Of a DNA stretch of 64,000 nucleotides, positions 51,401 through 64,000 are shown one piece after another. The notes beneath the pieces were generated by a model. It made no database searches. It was not told the DNA's origin and was given only the letters and a program-made list of their open reading frames with translations. Source of the stretch: Eledone cirrhosa (Eukaryota); NCBI GenBank assembly GCA_964016885.1, contig OZ024744.1:1798001-1862000 (forward strand). The letters are read 5' to 3'. Both the position numbers and the translations under genes were made by a program. How positions within the stretch are numbered: the first letter of the stretch is position 1; every line of letters starts with the position of its first letter.

Positions 51401-54400
51401 ATCTTTCTCTACCTTGTCTTCCCCCAAAACTTCGTTCTTCACCAAGCTATCTTTCTCTACCTTGTCTTCCCACAAAACTTCGTTCTTCACCAAGCTATCT
51501 TTCTCTACCTTGTCTTCCCACAAAACGTCGTTCTTCACCAAGCTATCTTTCTCTACCTTGTCTTCCCTCAAAACTTCGTTCTTCACCAAGCTATCTTTCT
51601 CTACATTGTCTTCCCCAAAACTTCGTTCTTCACCAAGCTATCTTTCTCTACCTTGTCTTCCCCCAAAACTTCGTTCTTCACCAAGCTATCTTTCTCTACC
51701 TTGTCTTCCCCCAAAACTTCGTTCTTCACCAAGCTATCTTTCTCTACCTTGTCTTCCCCCAAAACTTCGTTCTTCACCAAGCTATCTTTCTCTACCTTGT
51801 ATTCCCACAAAACTTCGTTCTTCACCAAGCTATCTTTCTCTACCTTGTCTTCCCTCAAAACGTCGTTCTTCACCAAGCTATCTTTCTCTACATTGTCTTC
51901 CCCAAAACTTCGTTCTTCACCAAGCTATCTTTCTCTACCTTGTCTTCCCCCAAAACTTCATTGTTCACCAAGCTATCTTTCTCTACCTTGTCTTCCCACA
52001 AAACTTCGTTCTTCACCAAGCTATCTTTCTCTACCTTGTCTTCCCACAAAACATCGTTCTTCACCAAGCTATCTTTCTCTACCTTGTCTTCCCTCAAAAC
52101 TTCGTTCTTCACCAAGCTATCTTTCTCTACATTGTCTTCCCCAAAACTTCGTTCTTCACCAAGCTATCTTTCTCTACCTTGTCTTCCCCCAAAACTTCGT
52201 TCTTCACCAAGCTATCTTTCTCTACCTTGTCTTCCCCCAAAACTTCGTTCTTCACCAAGCTATCTTTCTCTACCTTGTCTTCCCCCAAAACTTCGTTCTT
52301 CACCAAGCTATCTTTCTCTACCTTGTCTTCCCACAAAACTTCGTTCTTCACCAAGCTATCTTTCTCTACCTTGTCTTCCCCCAAAACTTCGTTCTTCACC
52401 AAGTCATCTTTCTCTACTTTGTCATCCCTCAAAACTTCGTTCTTCACCAATCTATCTTTCTCTACCTTGTCTTCCCCCAAAACTTCGTTCTTCACCAAGC
52501 TATCTTTCTCTAGCTTGTCTTCCCACAAAACGTCGTTCTTCACCAAGCTATCTTTCTCTACCTTGTCTTCCCTCAAAACGTCGTTCTTCACCAAGCTATC
52601 TTTCTCTACCTTGTCTTCCCTCAAAACATCGTTCTTCACCAAGCTATCTTTCTCTACCTTGTCTTCTCCCAAAACTTCGTTATTCACCAAGCTATCTTTC
52701 TCTACCTTGTCTTCCCTCAAAACTTCGTTCTTCACCAAGCTATCTTTCTCTACTTTATCTTCCCCCAAAACTTCGTTCTTCACCAAGCTATCTTTCTCTA
52801 CCTTGTCTTCCCCCAAAACTTCGTTCTTCACCAAGCTATCTTTCTGTAGCTTGTCTTCACACAAAACTTCGTTCTTCACCAAGCTATCTTTCTCTACCTT
52901 GTCTTCCGTCAAAACCTCGTTCTTCACCAAGATATCTTTCTCTACCTTGTCTTCTCCCAAAACTTCGTTCTTCACCAAGCTATCTTTCTCTACCTTGTCT
53001 TCCCTCAGAACTTCGTTCTTCAACAAGCTATCTTTCTCTACCTTGTCTTCCCCCCAAACTTCGTTCTTCACCAAGCTATCTTTCTCTACATTGTCTTCCC
53101 CAAAACTTCGTTCTTCACCAAGCTATCTTTCTCTACCTTGTCTTCCCCCAAAACTTCGTTGTTCACCAAGCTATCTTTCTCTACCTTGTCTTCCCCCAAA
53201 ACTTCGTTCTTCACCAAGCTATCTTTCTCTACCTTGTCTTCCCCAAAACTTCGTTCTTCACCAAGCTATCTTTCTCTACCTTATCTTCCCCCAAAACTTC
53301 GTTCTTCACCAAGCTATCTTTCTCTACCTTGTCGTCCCTCAAAACTTCGTTCTTCACCAAGCTATCTTTCTCTACATTGTCTTCCCCAAAACTTCGTTCT
53401 TCACCAAGCTATCTTTCTCTACCTTGTCTTCCCTCAAAACGTCGTTCTTCACCAAGCTATCCTTCTCTACCTTGTCTTCTCCCAAAACTTCGTTATTCAC
53501 CAAGCTATCTTTCTCTACCTTGTCTTCCCTCAAACCTTCGTTCTTCACCAAGCTATCTTTCTCTACCTTGTCTTCCCCCAAAACTTCGTTCTTCACCAAG
53601 CTATCTTTCTCTACATTGTCTTCCCCAAAACTTCGTTCTTCACCAAGCTATCTTTCTCTACCTTGTCTTCCCCCAAAACTTCGTTGTTCACCAAGCTATC
53701 TTTCTCTACCTTGTCTTCCCCCAAAACTTCGTTCTTCACCAAGCTATCTTTCTCTACCTTGTCTTCCCCAAAACTTCGTTCTTCACCAAGCTATCTTTCT
53801 CTACCTTGTCTTCCCCCAAAACTTCGTTCTTCACCAAGCTATCTTTCTCTACCTTGTCTTCCCCCAAAACTTCGTTCTTCACCAAGCTATCTTTCTCTAC
53901 CTTGTCTTCCCCCAAAACTTCATTGTTCACCAAGCTATCTTTCTCTACCTTGTCTTCCCACAAAACTTCGTTCTTCACCAAGCTATCTTTCTCTACCTTG
54001 TCTTCCCACAAAACGTCGTTCTTCACCAAGCTATCTTTCTCTACCTTGTCTTCCCTCAAAACTTCGTTCTTCACCAAGCTATCTTTCTCTACATTGTCTT
54101 CCCCAAAACTTCGTTCTTCACCAAGCTATCTTTCTCTACCTTGTCTTCCCCCAAAACTTCGTTCTTCACCAAGCTATCTTTCTCTACCTTGTCTTCCCCC
54201 AAAACTTCGTTCTTCACCAAGCTATCTTTCTCTACCTTGTCTTCCCCCAAAACTTCGTTCTTCACCAAGCTATCTTTCTCTACCTTGTCTTCCCACAAAA
54301 CTTCGTTCTTCACCAAGCTATCTTTCTCTACCTTGTCTTCCCCCAAAACTTCGTTCTTCACCAAGTCATCTTTCTCTACCTTGTCATCCCTCAAAACTTC

Positions 54401-55430
54401 GTTCTTCACCAATCTATCTTTCTCTACCTTGTCTTCCCCCAAAACTTCGTTCTTCACCAAGCTATCTTTCTCTAGCTTGTCTTCCCACAAAACGTCGTTC
54501 TTCACCAAGCTATCTTTCTCTACCTTGTCTTCCCTCAAAACGTCGTTCTTCACCAAGCTATCTTTCTCTACCTTGTCTTCCCTCAAAACATCGTTCTTCA
54601 CCAAGCTATCTTTCTCTACCTTGTCTTCTCCCAAAACTTCGTTATTCACCAAGCTATCTTTCTCTACCTTGTCTTCCCTCAAAACTTCGTTCTTCACCAA
54701 TCTATCTTTCTCTACTTTGTCTTCCCCCAAAACTTCGTTCTTCACCAAGCTATCTTTCTCTACCTTGTCTTCCCCCAAAACTTCGTTCTTCACCAAGCTA
54801 TCTTTCTGTAGCTTGTCTTCACACAAAACTTCGTTCTTCACCAAGCTATCTTTCTCTACCTTGTCTTCCCCTAAAACTTCGTTCTTCACCAAGCTATCTT
54901 TCTCTACCTTGTCTTCCCCCAAAACTTCGTTCTTCACCAAGCTATCTTTCTCTACGTTGTATTCCCACAAAACTTCGTTCTTCACCAAGCTATCTTTCTC
55001 TACCTTGTCTTCCCTCAAAACGTCGTTCTTCACCAAGCTATCTTTCTCTACCTTGTCTTCTCCCAAAACTTCGTTATTCACCAAGCTATCTTTCTCTACC
55101 TTGTCTTCCCTCAAACCTTCGTTCTTCACCAAGCTATCTTTCTCTACCTTGTCTTCCCCCAAAACTTCGTTCTTCACCAAGCTATCTTTCTCTACATTGT
55201 CTTCCCCAAAACTTCGTTCTTCACCAAGCTATCTTTCTCTACCTTGTCTTCCCCCAAAATTTCATTGTTCACCAAGCTATCTTTCTCTACCTTGTCTTCC
55301 CACAAAACTTCGTTCTTCACCAAACTATCTTTCTCTACCTTGTCTTCCCACAAAACGTCGTTCTTCACCAAGCTATCTTTCTCTACCTTGTCTTCCCTCA
55401 AAACTTCGTTCTTCACCAAGCTATCTTTCT

Positions 55431-57500
55431 CTACATTGTCTTCCCCAAAACTTCGTTCTTCACCAAGCTATCTTTCTCTACCTTGTCTTCCCCCAAAACT
55501 TCGTTCTTCACCAAGCTATCTTTCTCTACCTTGTCTTCCCCCAAAACTTCGTTCTTCACCAAGCTATCTTTCTCTACCTTGTCTTCCCCCAAAACTTCGT
55601 TCTTCACCAAGCTATCTTTCTCTACCTTGTCTTCCCACAAAACTTCGTTCTTCACCAAGCTATCTTTCTCTACCTTGTCTTCCCTCAAAACGTCGTTCTT
55701 CACCAAGCTATCTTTCTCTACCTTGTCTTCTCCCAAAACTTCGTTATTCACCAAGCTATCTTTCTCTACCTTGTCTTCCCTCAAACCTTCGTTCTTCACC
55801 AAGCTATCTTTCTCTACCTCGTCTTCCCCCAAAACTTCGTTCTTCACCAAGCTATCTTTCTCTACATTGTCTTCCCCAAAACTTCGTTCTTCACCAAGCT
55901 ATCTTTCTCTACCTTGTCTTCCCCCAAAACTTCATTGTTCACCAAGCTATCTTTCTCTACCTTGTCTTCCCCCAAAACTTCGTTCTTCACCAAGCTATCT
56001 TTCTCTACCTTGTCTTCCCCCAAAACTTCGTTCTTCACCAAGCTATCTTTCTCTACCTTGTCTTCCCACAAAACTTCGTTCTTCACCAAGCTATCTTTCT
56101 CTACCTTGTCTTCCCACAAAACGTCGTTCTTCACCAAGCTATCTTTCTCTACCTTGACTTCCCTCAAAACTTCGTTCTTCACCAAGCTATCTTTCTCTAC
56201 CTTGTCTTCCCCCAAAACTTCGTTCTTCACCAAGCTATCTTTCTCTACCTTGTCTTCCCTCAACATTTCGTTCTTCACCAAGCTATCTTTCTCGACCTTG
56301 TCTTCTCCCAAAACTTCGTTATTCACCAAACTATCTTTCTCTACCTTGTCTTCCCTCAAAACTTCGTTCTTCACCAAGCTATCTTTCTCTACCTTGTCTT
56401 CCCACAAAACGTCATTCTTCACCAAGCTATCTTTCTCTACCTTGTCTTCCGTCAAACCTTCGTTCTTCACCAAGCTATCTTTCTCTACCTTGTCTTCCCT
56501 CAAAACGTCGTTCTTCACCAAGCTATCTTTCTCTACCTTGTCCTCCCACAAAACTTCGTTCTTCACCAAGCTATCTTTCTCTACCTTGTCTTCCCCCAAA
56601 ACTTCGTTCTTCGCAAGCTATCTTTCTCTACCTTGTCTTCCGTCAAAACTTCGTTCTTCACCAAGATATCTTTCTCTACCTTGTCTTCCCACAAAACGTC
56701 GTTCTTCACCAAGCTATCTTTCTCTACCTTGTCTCCCCTCAGAACTTCGTTCTTCACCAAGCTATCTTTCTCTACCTTGTCTTCCCCCAAAACTTCGTTC
56801 TTCACCAAGCTATCTTTCTCTACATTGTCTTCCCCAAAACTTCGTTCTTCACCAAGCTATCTTTCTCTACCTTGTCTTCCCTCAAAACGTCGTTCTTCAC
56901 CAAGCTATCTTTCTCTACCTTGTCTTCCCCCAAAACTTCGTTCTTCACCAAGCTATCTTTCTCTACCTTGTCTTCCCCCAAAACTTCGTTCTTCACCAAG
57001 TCATCTTTCTCTACCTTGTCATCCCACAAAACGTCGTTCTTCACCAAGCTATCTTTCTCTATTTTGTCTTCCCTCAAAACGTCGTTCTTCACCAAGCTAT
57101 CTTTCTCTACCTTGTCTTCCCTCAAAATTTCGTTCTTCACCAAGCTATCTTTCTCGACCTTGTCTTCTCCCAAAACTTCGTTATTCAGCAAGCTATCTTT
57201 CTCTACCTTGTCTTCCCTCAAAACTTCGTTCTTCACCAAGCTATCTTTCTCTACCTTGTCTTCCCCCAAAACTCCGTTCTTCACCAAGCTATCTTTCTCT
57301 ACCTTGTCTTCTCCCAAAACTTCGTTATTCACCAAGCTATCTCTCTCTACCTTGTCTTCCCTCAAAACTTCGTTCTTCACCAAGCTATCTTTCTCTACCT
57401 TGTCTTCCCCCAAAACTTCGTTCTTCACCAAGCTATCTTTCTCTACCTTGTCTTCCCCCAAAACTTCGTTCTTCACCAAGCTATCTTTCTCTACCTTGTC
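55431..57500. repeat. Diverged distant copy of the block at about 161-2,230 (offset 55,270)
   Basis: ORF pairs 161/55431, 592/55862, 1311/56581 and 1550/56820 share the offset. Shares TTCTTCGCAAG (~56610), CTATTTTG (~57059) and TTATTCAGCAAG (~57181) with the 0-9 kb copies. Confidence 0.85.
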
Positions 57501-58029
57501 TTCCCACAAAACGTCATTCTCACCAAGCTATCTTTCTCTACCTTGTCTTCCGTCAAAACTTCGTTCTTCACCAAGATATCTTTCTCTACCTTGTCTTCTC
57601 CCAAAACTTCGTTCTTCACCAAGCTATCTTTCTCTACCTTGTCTTCCCCCAAAACTTCGTTCTTCACCAAGCTATCTTTCTCTACCTTGTCTTCCCCCAA
57701 AACTTCGTTCTTCACCAAGCTATCTTTCTCTACCTTGTCTTCCCACAAAACTTCGTTCTTCACCAAGCTATCTTTCTCTACCTTGTCTTCCCCCAAAACT
57801 TCGTTCTTCACCAAGTCATCTTTCTCTACCTTGTCATCCCTCAAAACTCCGTTCTTCACCAATCTATCTTTCTCTACCTTGTCTTCCCCCAAAACTTCGT
57901 TCTTCACCAAGCTATCTTTCTCTAGCTTGTCTTCCCACAAAACGTCGTTCTTCACCAAGCTATCTTTCTCTACCTTGTCTTCCCTCAAAACGTCGTTCTT
58001 CACCAAGCTATCTTTCTCTACCTAGTCTT

Positions 58030-61000
58030 CCCTCAAACTTCGTTCTTCACCAAGCTATCTTTCTCTACCTTGTCTTCTCCCAAAACTTCGTTATTCACCA
58101 AGCTATCTTTCTCTACCTTGTCTTCCCTCAAAACTTCGTTCTTCACCAAGCTATCTTTCTCTACTTTGTCTTCCCCCAAAACTTCGTTCTTCACCAAGCT
58201 ATCTTTCTCTACCTTGTCTTCCCCCAAAACTTCGTTCTTCACCAAGCTATCTTTCTGTAGCTTGTCTTCACACAAAACTTCGTTCTTCACCAAGCTATCT
58301 TTCTCTACCTTGTCTTCCGTCAAAACTTCGTTCTTCACCAAGATATCTTTCTCTACCTTGTCTTCTCCCAAAACTTCGTTCTTCACCAAGCTATCTTTCT
58401 CTACCTTGTCTTCCCTCAGAACTTCGTTCTTCGACAAGCTATCTTTCTCTACCTTGTCTTCCCCCCAAACTTCGTTCTTCACCAAGCTATCTTTCTCTAC
58501 ATTGTCCTCCCCAAAACTTCGTTCTTCACCAAGCTATCTTTCTCTACCTTGTCTTCCCTCAAAACGTCGTTCTTCACCAAGCTATCCTTCTCTACCTTGT
58601 CTTCTCCCAAAACTTCGTTATTCACCAAGCTATCTTTCTCTACCTTGTCTTCCCTCAAACCTTCGTTCTTCACCAAGCTATCTTTCTCTACCTTGTCTTC
58701 CCCCAAAACTTCGTTCTTCACCAAGCTATCTTTCTCTACATTGTCTTCCCCAAAACTTCGTTCTTCACCAAGCTATCTTTCTCTACCTTGTCTTCCCCCA
58801 AAACTTCGTTGTTCACCAAGCTATCTTTCTCTACCTTGTCTTCCCCCAAAACTTCGTTCTTCACCAAGCTATCTTTCTCTACCTTGTCTTCCCCAAAACT
58901 TCGTTCTTCACCAAGCTATCTTTCTCTACCTTGTCTTCCCCCAAAACTTCGTTCTTCACCAAGCTATCTTTCTCTACCTTGTCTTCCCCCAAAACTTCGT
59001 TCTTCACCAAGCTATCTTTCTCTACCTTGTCTTCCCCCAAAACTTCATTGTTCACCAAGCTATCTTTCTCTACCTTGTCTTCCCACAAAACTTCGTTCTT
59101 CACCAAGCTATCTTTCTCTACCTTGTCTTCCCACAAAACGTCGTTCTTCACCAAGCTATCTTTCTCTACCTTGTCTTCCCTCAAAACTTCGTTCTTCACC
59201 AAACTATCTTTCTCTACATTGTCTTCCCCAAAACTTCGTTCTTCACCAAGCTATCTTTCTCTACCTTGTCTTCCCCCAAAACTTCGTTCTTCACCAAGCT
59301 ATCTTTCTCTACCTTGTCTTCCCCCAAAACTTCGTTCTTCACCAAGCTATCTTTCTCTACCTTGTCTTCCCCCAAAACTTCGTTCTTCACCAAGCTATCT
59401 TTCTCTACCTTGTCTTCCCCCAAAACTTCGTTCTTCACCAAGTCATCTTTCTCTACCTTGTCATCCCTCAAAACTTCGTTCTTCACCAATCTATCTTTCT
59501 CTACCTTGTCTTCCCCCAAAACTTCGTTCTTCACCAAGCTATCTTTCTCTAGCTTGTCTTCCCACAAAACGTCGTTCTTCACCAAGCTATCTTTCTCTAC
59601 CTTGTCTTCCCTCAAAACGTCGTTCTTCACCAAGCTATCTTTCTCTACCTTGTCTTCCCTCAAAACATCGTTCTTCACCAAGCTATCTTTCTCTACCTTG
59701 TCTTCTCCCAAAACTTCGTTATTCACCAAGCTATCTTTCTCTACCTTGTCTTCCCTCAAAACTTCGTTATTCACCAAGCTATCTTTCTCTACTTTGTCTT
59801 CCCCCAAAACTTCGTTCTTCACCAAGCTATCTTTCTCTACCTTGTCTTCCCCCAAAACTTCGTTCTTCACCAAGCTATCTTTCTGTAGCTTGTCTTCACA
59901 CAAAACTTCGTTCTTCACCAAGCTATCTTTCTCTACCTTGTCTTCCCACAAAACGTCATTCTTCACCAAGCTATCTTTCTCTACCTTGTCTTCCCTCAAA
60001 ACGTCGTTCTTCACCAAGCTATCTTTCTCTACCTTGTCTTCCCTCAAAACATCGTTCTTCACCAAGCTATCTTTCTCTACCTTGTCTTCTCCCAAAACTT
60101 CGTTATTCACCAAGCTATCTTTCTCTACCTTGTCTTCCCTCAAAACTTCGTTCTTCACCAAGCTATCTTTCTCTACTTTGTCTTCCCCCAAAACTTCGTT
60201 CTTCACCAAGCTATCTTTCTCTACCTTGTCTTCCCCCAAAACTTCGTTCTTCACCAAGCTATCTTTCTGTAGCTTGTCTTCACACAAAACTTCGTTCTTC
60301 ACCAAGCTATCTTTCTCTACCTTGTCTTCCCTCAAAACGTCGTTCTTCACCAAGCTATCTTTCTCTACCTTGTCTTCTCCCAAAACTTCGTTATTCACCA
60401 AGCTATCTTTCTCTACCTTGTCTTCCCTCAAACCTTCGTTCTTCACCAAGCTATCTTTCTCTACCTTGTCTTCCCCCAAAACTTCGTTCTTCACCAAGCT
60501 ATCTTTCTCTACATTGTCTTCCCCAAAACTTCGTTCTTCACCAAGCTATCTTTCTCTACCTTGTCTTCCCCCAAAACTTCATTGTTCACCAAGCTATCTT
60601 TCTCTACCTTGTCTTCCCACAAAACTTCGTTCTTCACCAAGCTATCTTTCTCTACCTTGTCTTCCCACAAAACGTCGTTCTTCACCAAGCTATCTTTCTC
60701 TACCTTGTCTTCCCTCAAAACTTCGTTCTTCACCAAGCTATCTTTCTCTACATTGTCTTCCCCAAAACTTCGTTCTTCACCAAGCTATCTTTCTCTACCT
60801 TGTCTTCCCCCAAAACTTCGTTCTTCACCAAGCTATCTTTCTCTACCTTGTCTTCCCCCAAAACTTCGTTCTTCACCAAGCTATCTTTCTCTACCTTGTC
60901 TTCCCCCAAAACTTCGTTCTTCACCAAGCTATCTTTCTCTACCTTGTCTTCCCACAAAACTTCGTTCTTCACCAAGCTATCTTTCTCTACCTTGTCTTCC

Positions 61001-63300
61001 CACAAAACTTCGTTCTTCACCAAGCTATCTTTCTCTACCTTGTCTTCCCTCAAAACGTCGTTCTTCACCAAGCTATCTTTCTCTACCTTGTCTTCTCCCA
61101 AAACTTCGTTATTCACCAAGCTATCTTTCTCTACCTTGTCTTCCCTCAAACCTTCGTTCTTCACCAATCTATCTTTCTCTACCTTGTCTTCCCCCAAAAC
61201 TTCGTTCTTCACCAAGCTATCTTTCTCTAGCTTGTCTTCCCACAAAACGTCGTTCTTCACCAAGCTATCTTTCTCTACCTTGTCTTCCCTCAAAACGTCG
61301 TTCTTCACCAAGCTATCTTTCTCTACCTTGTCTTCCCTCAAACTTCGTTCTTCACCAAGCTATCTTTCTCTACCTTGTCTTCTCCCAAAACTTCGTTATT
61401 CACCAAGCTATCTTTCTCTACCTTGTCTTCCCTCAAAACTTCGTTCTTCACCAAGCTATCTTTCTCTACTTTGTCTTCCCCCAAAACTTCGTTCTTCACC
61501 AAGCTATCTTTCTCTACCTTGTCTTCCCCCAAAACTTCGTTCTTCACCAAGCTATCTTTCTGTAGCTTGTCTTAACACAAAACTTCGTTCTTCACCAAGC
61601 TATCTTTCTCTACCTTGTCTTCCGTCAAAACTTCGTTCTTCACCAAGATATCTTTCTCTACCTTGTCTTCTCCCAAAACTTCGTTCTTCACCAAGCTATC
61701 TTTCTCTACCTTGTCTTCCCTCAGAACTTCGTTCTTCAACAAGCTATCTTTCTCTACCTTGTCTTCCCCCCAAACTTCGTTCTTCACCAAGCTATCTTTC
61801 TCTACATTGTCCTCCCCAAAACTTCGTTCTTCACCAAGCTATCTTTCTCTACCTTGTCTTCCCTCAAAACGTCGTTCTTCACCAAGCTATCCTTCTCTAC
61901 CTTGTCTTCTCCCAAAACTTCGTTATTCACCAAGCTATCTTTCTCTACCTTGTCTTCCCTCAAACCTTCGTTCTTCACCAAGCTATCTTTCTCTACCTTG
62001 TCTTCCCCCAAAACTTCGTTCTTCACCAAGCTATCTTTCTCTACATTGTCTTCCCCAAAACTTCGTTCTTCACCAAGCTATCTTTCTCTACCTTGTCTTC
62101 CCCCAAAACTTCGTTGTTCACCAAGCTATCTTTCTCTACCTTGTCTTCCCCCAAAACTTCGTTCTTCACCAAGCTATCTTTCTCTACCTTGTCTTCCCCA
62201 AAACTTCGTTCTTCACCAAGCTATCTTTCTCTACCTTGTCTTCCCCCAAAACTTCGTTCTTCACCAAGCTATCTTTCTCTACCTTGTCTTCCCCCAAAAC
62301 TTCGTTCTTCACCAAGCTATCTTTCTCTACCTTGTCTTCCCCCAAAACTTCATTGTTCACCAAGCTATCTTTCTCTACCTTGTCTTCCCACAAAACTTCG
62401 TTCTTCACCAAGCTATCTTTCTCTACCTTGTCTTCCCACAAAACGTCGTTCTTCACCAAGCTATCTTTCTCTACCTTGTCTTCCCTCAAAACTTCGTTCT
62501 TCACCAAGCTATCTTTCTCTACATTGTCTTCCCCAAAACTTCGTTCTTCACCAAGCTATCTTTCTCTACCTTGTCTTCCCCCAAAACTTCGTTCTTCACC
62601 AAGCTATCTTTCTCTACCTTGTCTTCCCCCAAAACTTCGTTCTTCACCAAGCTATCTTTCTCTACCTTGTCTTCCCCCAAAACTTCGTTCTTCACCAAGC
62701 TATCTTTCTCTACCTTGTCTTCCCCCAAAACTTCGTTCTTCACCAAGTCATCTTTCTCTACCTTGTCATCCCTCAAAACTTCGTTCTTCACCAATCTATC
62801 TTTCTCTACCTTGTCTTCCCCCAAAACTTCGTTCTTCACCAAGCTATCTTTCTCTAGCTTGTCTTCCCACAAAACGTCGTTCTTCACCAAGCTATCTTTC
62901 TCTACCTTGTCTTCCCTCAAAACGTCGTTCTTCACCAAGCTATCTTTCTCTACCTTGTCTTCCCTCAAAACATCGTTCTTCACCAAGCTATCTTTCTCTA
63001 CCTTGTCTTCTCCCAAAACTTCGTTATTCACCAAGCTATCTTTCTCTACCTTGTCTTCCCTCAAAACTTCGTTCTTCACCAAGCTATCTTTCTCTACTTT
63101 GTCTTCCCCCAAAACTTCGTTCTTCACCAAGCTATCTTTCTCTACCTTGTCTTCCCCCAAAACTTCGTTCTTCACCAAGCTATCTTTCTGTAGCTTGTCT
63201 TCACACAAAACTTCGTTCTTCACCAAGCTATCTTTCTCTACCTTGTCTTCCCACAAAACGTCATTCTTCACCAAGCTATCTTTCTCTACCTTGTCTTCCC
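58030..63300. repeat. About 3,305-bp higher-order duplication near the window end
   Basis: ORF pairs 58033/61338, 58497/61802, 58879/62184 and 59214/62519 share the offset. The 47-bp CCCTCAAACTTCG monomer occurs at ~58031, ~61336 and again at ~63635. Confidence 0.8.
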
Positions 63301-64000
63301 TCAAAACGTCGTTCTTCACCAAGCTATCTTTCTCTACCTTGTCTTCCCTCAAAACGTCGTTCTTCACCAAGCTATCTTTCTCTACCTTGTCTTCTCCCAA
63401 AACTTCGTTATTCACCAAGCTATCTTTCTCTACCTTGTCTTCCCTCAAACCTTCGTTCTTCACCAATCTATCTTTCTCTACCTTGTCTTCCCCCAAAACT
63501 TCGTTCTTCACCAAGCTATCTTTCTCTAGCTTGTCTTCCCACAAAACGTCGTTCTTCACCAAGCTATCTTTCTCTACCTTGTCTTCCCTCAAAACGTCGT
63601 TCTTCACCAAGCTATCTTTCTCTACCTTGTCTTCCCTCAAACTTCGTTCTTCACCAAGCTATCTTTCTCTACCTTGTCTTCTCCCAAAACTTCGTTATTC
63701 ACCAAGCTATCTTTCTCTACCTTGTCTTCCCTCAAAACTTCGTTCTTCACCAAGCTATCTTTCTCTACTTTGTCTTCCCCCAAAACTTCGTTCTTCACCA
63801 AGCTATCTTTCTCTACCTTGTCTTCCCCCAAAACTTCGTTCTTCACCAAGCTATCTTTCTGTAGCTTGTCTTCACACAAAACTTCGTTCTTCACCAAGCT
63901 ATCTTTCTCTACCTTGTCTTCTCCCAAAACTTCGTTCTTCACCAAGCTATCTTTCTCTACCTTGTCTTCCCTCAGAACTTCGTTCTTCAACAAGCTATCT

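Larger units (their letters stand above)
1..64000. repeat. 48-bp satellite DNA tandem array (about 1,330 monomers, all in one orientation, extends beyond both window edges)
   Basis: Consensus ACCAAGCTATCTTTCTCTACCTTGTCTTCCCCCAAAACTTCGTTCTTC repeats continuously from base 1 to 64000. Monomers differ from consensus by about 0-4 substitutions and occasional 1-2 bp deletions. No non-repeat insert seen. Confidence 0.99.

Noticed and set aside
1-64000. CRISPR array or recombination-cassette array
   Set aside because: There are no unique spacers: the more variable part (positions about 29-45) differs only by point changes. No cas, integrase or reverse transcriptase gene is present in the window.
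1-64000. Telomeric repeat, rDNA spacer or tRNA/5S-derived array
   Set aside because: No canonical telomere motif, rRNA or tRNA sequence, or Pol III A/B boxes were recognisable.
1-64000. Phased A-tract curved DNA
   Set aside because: There is only one A4 tract per 48 bp (about 4.6 helical turns), which is not in helical phase.

Overview
The whole 64 kb window is one uninterrupted, head-to-tail, single-orientation tandem array (satellite DNA) of a 48-bp monomer, consensus ACCAAGCTATCTTTCTCTACCTTGTCTTCCCCCAAAACTTCGTTCTTC (about 1,330 copies; 9 A, 18 C, 3 G, 18 T; 75% pyrimidine on the + strand). I found no unique sequence, genes, RNA genes, transposon insertions, inversions or CRISPR spacers. 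All ORFs in the track are by-products of the monomer, which has no stop codon in any + frame and one open frame on the - strand (VKNEVLGEDKVEKDSL). The real information is in the variant monomers. They form an ordered, recurring cassette, a 384-bp (8-mer) higher-order unit, nested kb-scale tandem duplications (offsets 1,772, 2,969, 3,305, 3,401, 3,495, 6,178, 8,622 and 9,433-12,402 bp) and region-restricted subfamilies. This organisation is typical of a eukaryotic centromeric or heterochromatic satellite, but neither the organism nor a centromeric function can be established from this sequence. I did not find evidence for a new gene-encoded system. Block boundaries were read by eye and are approximate.
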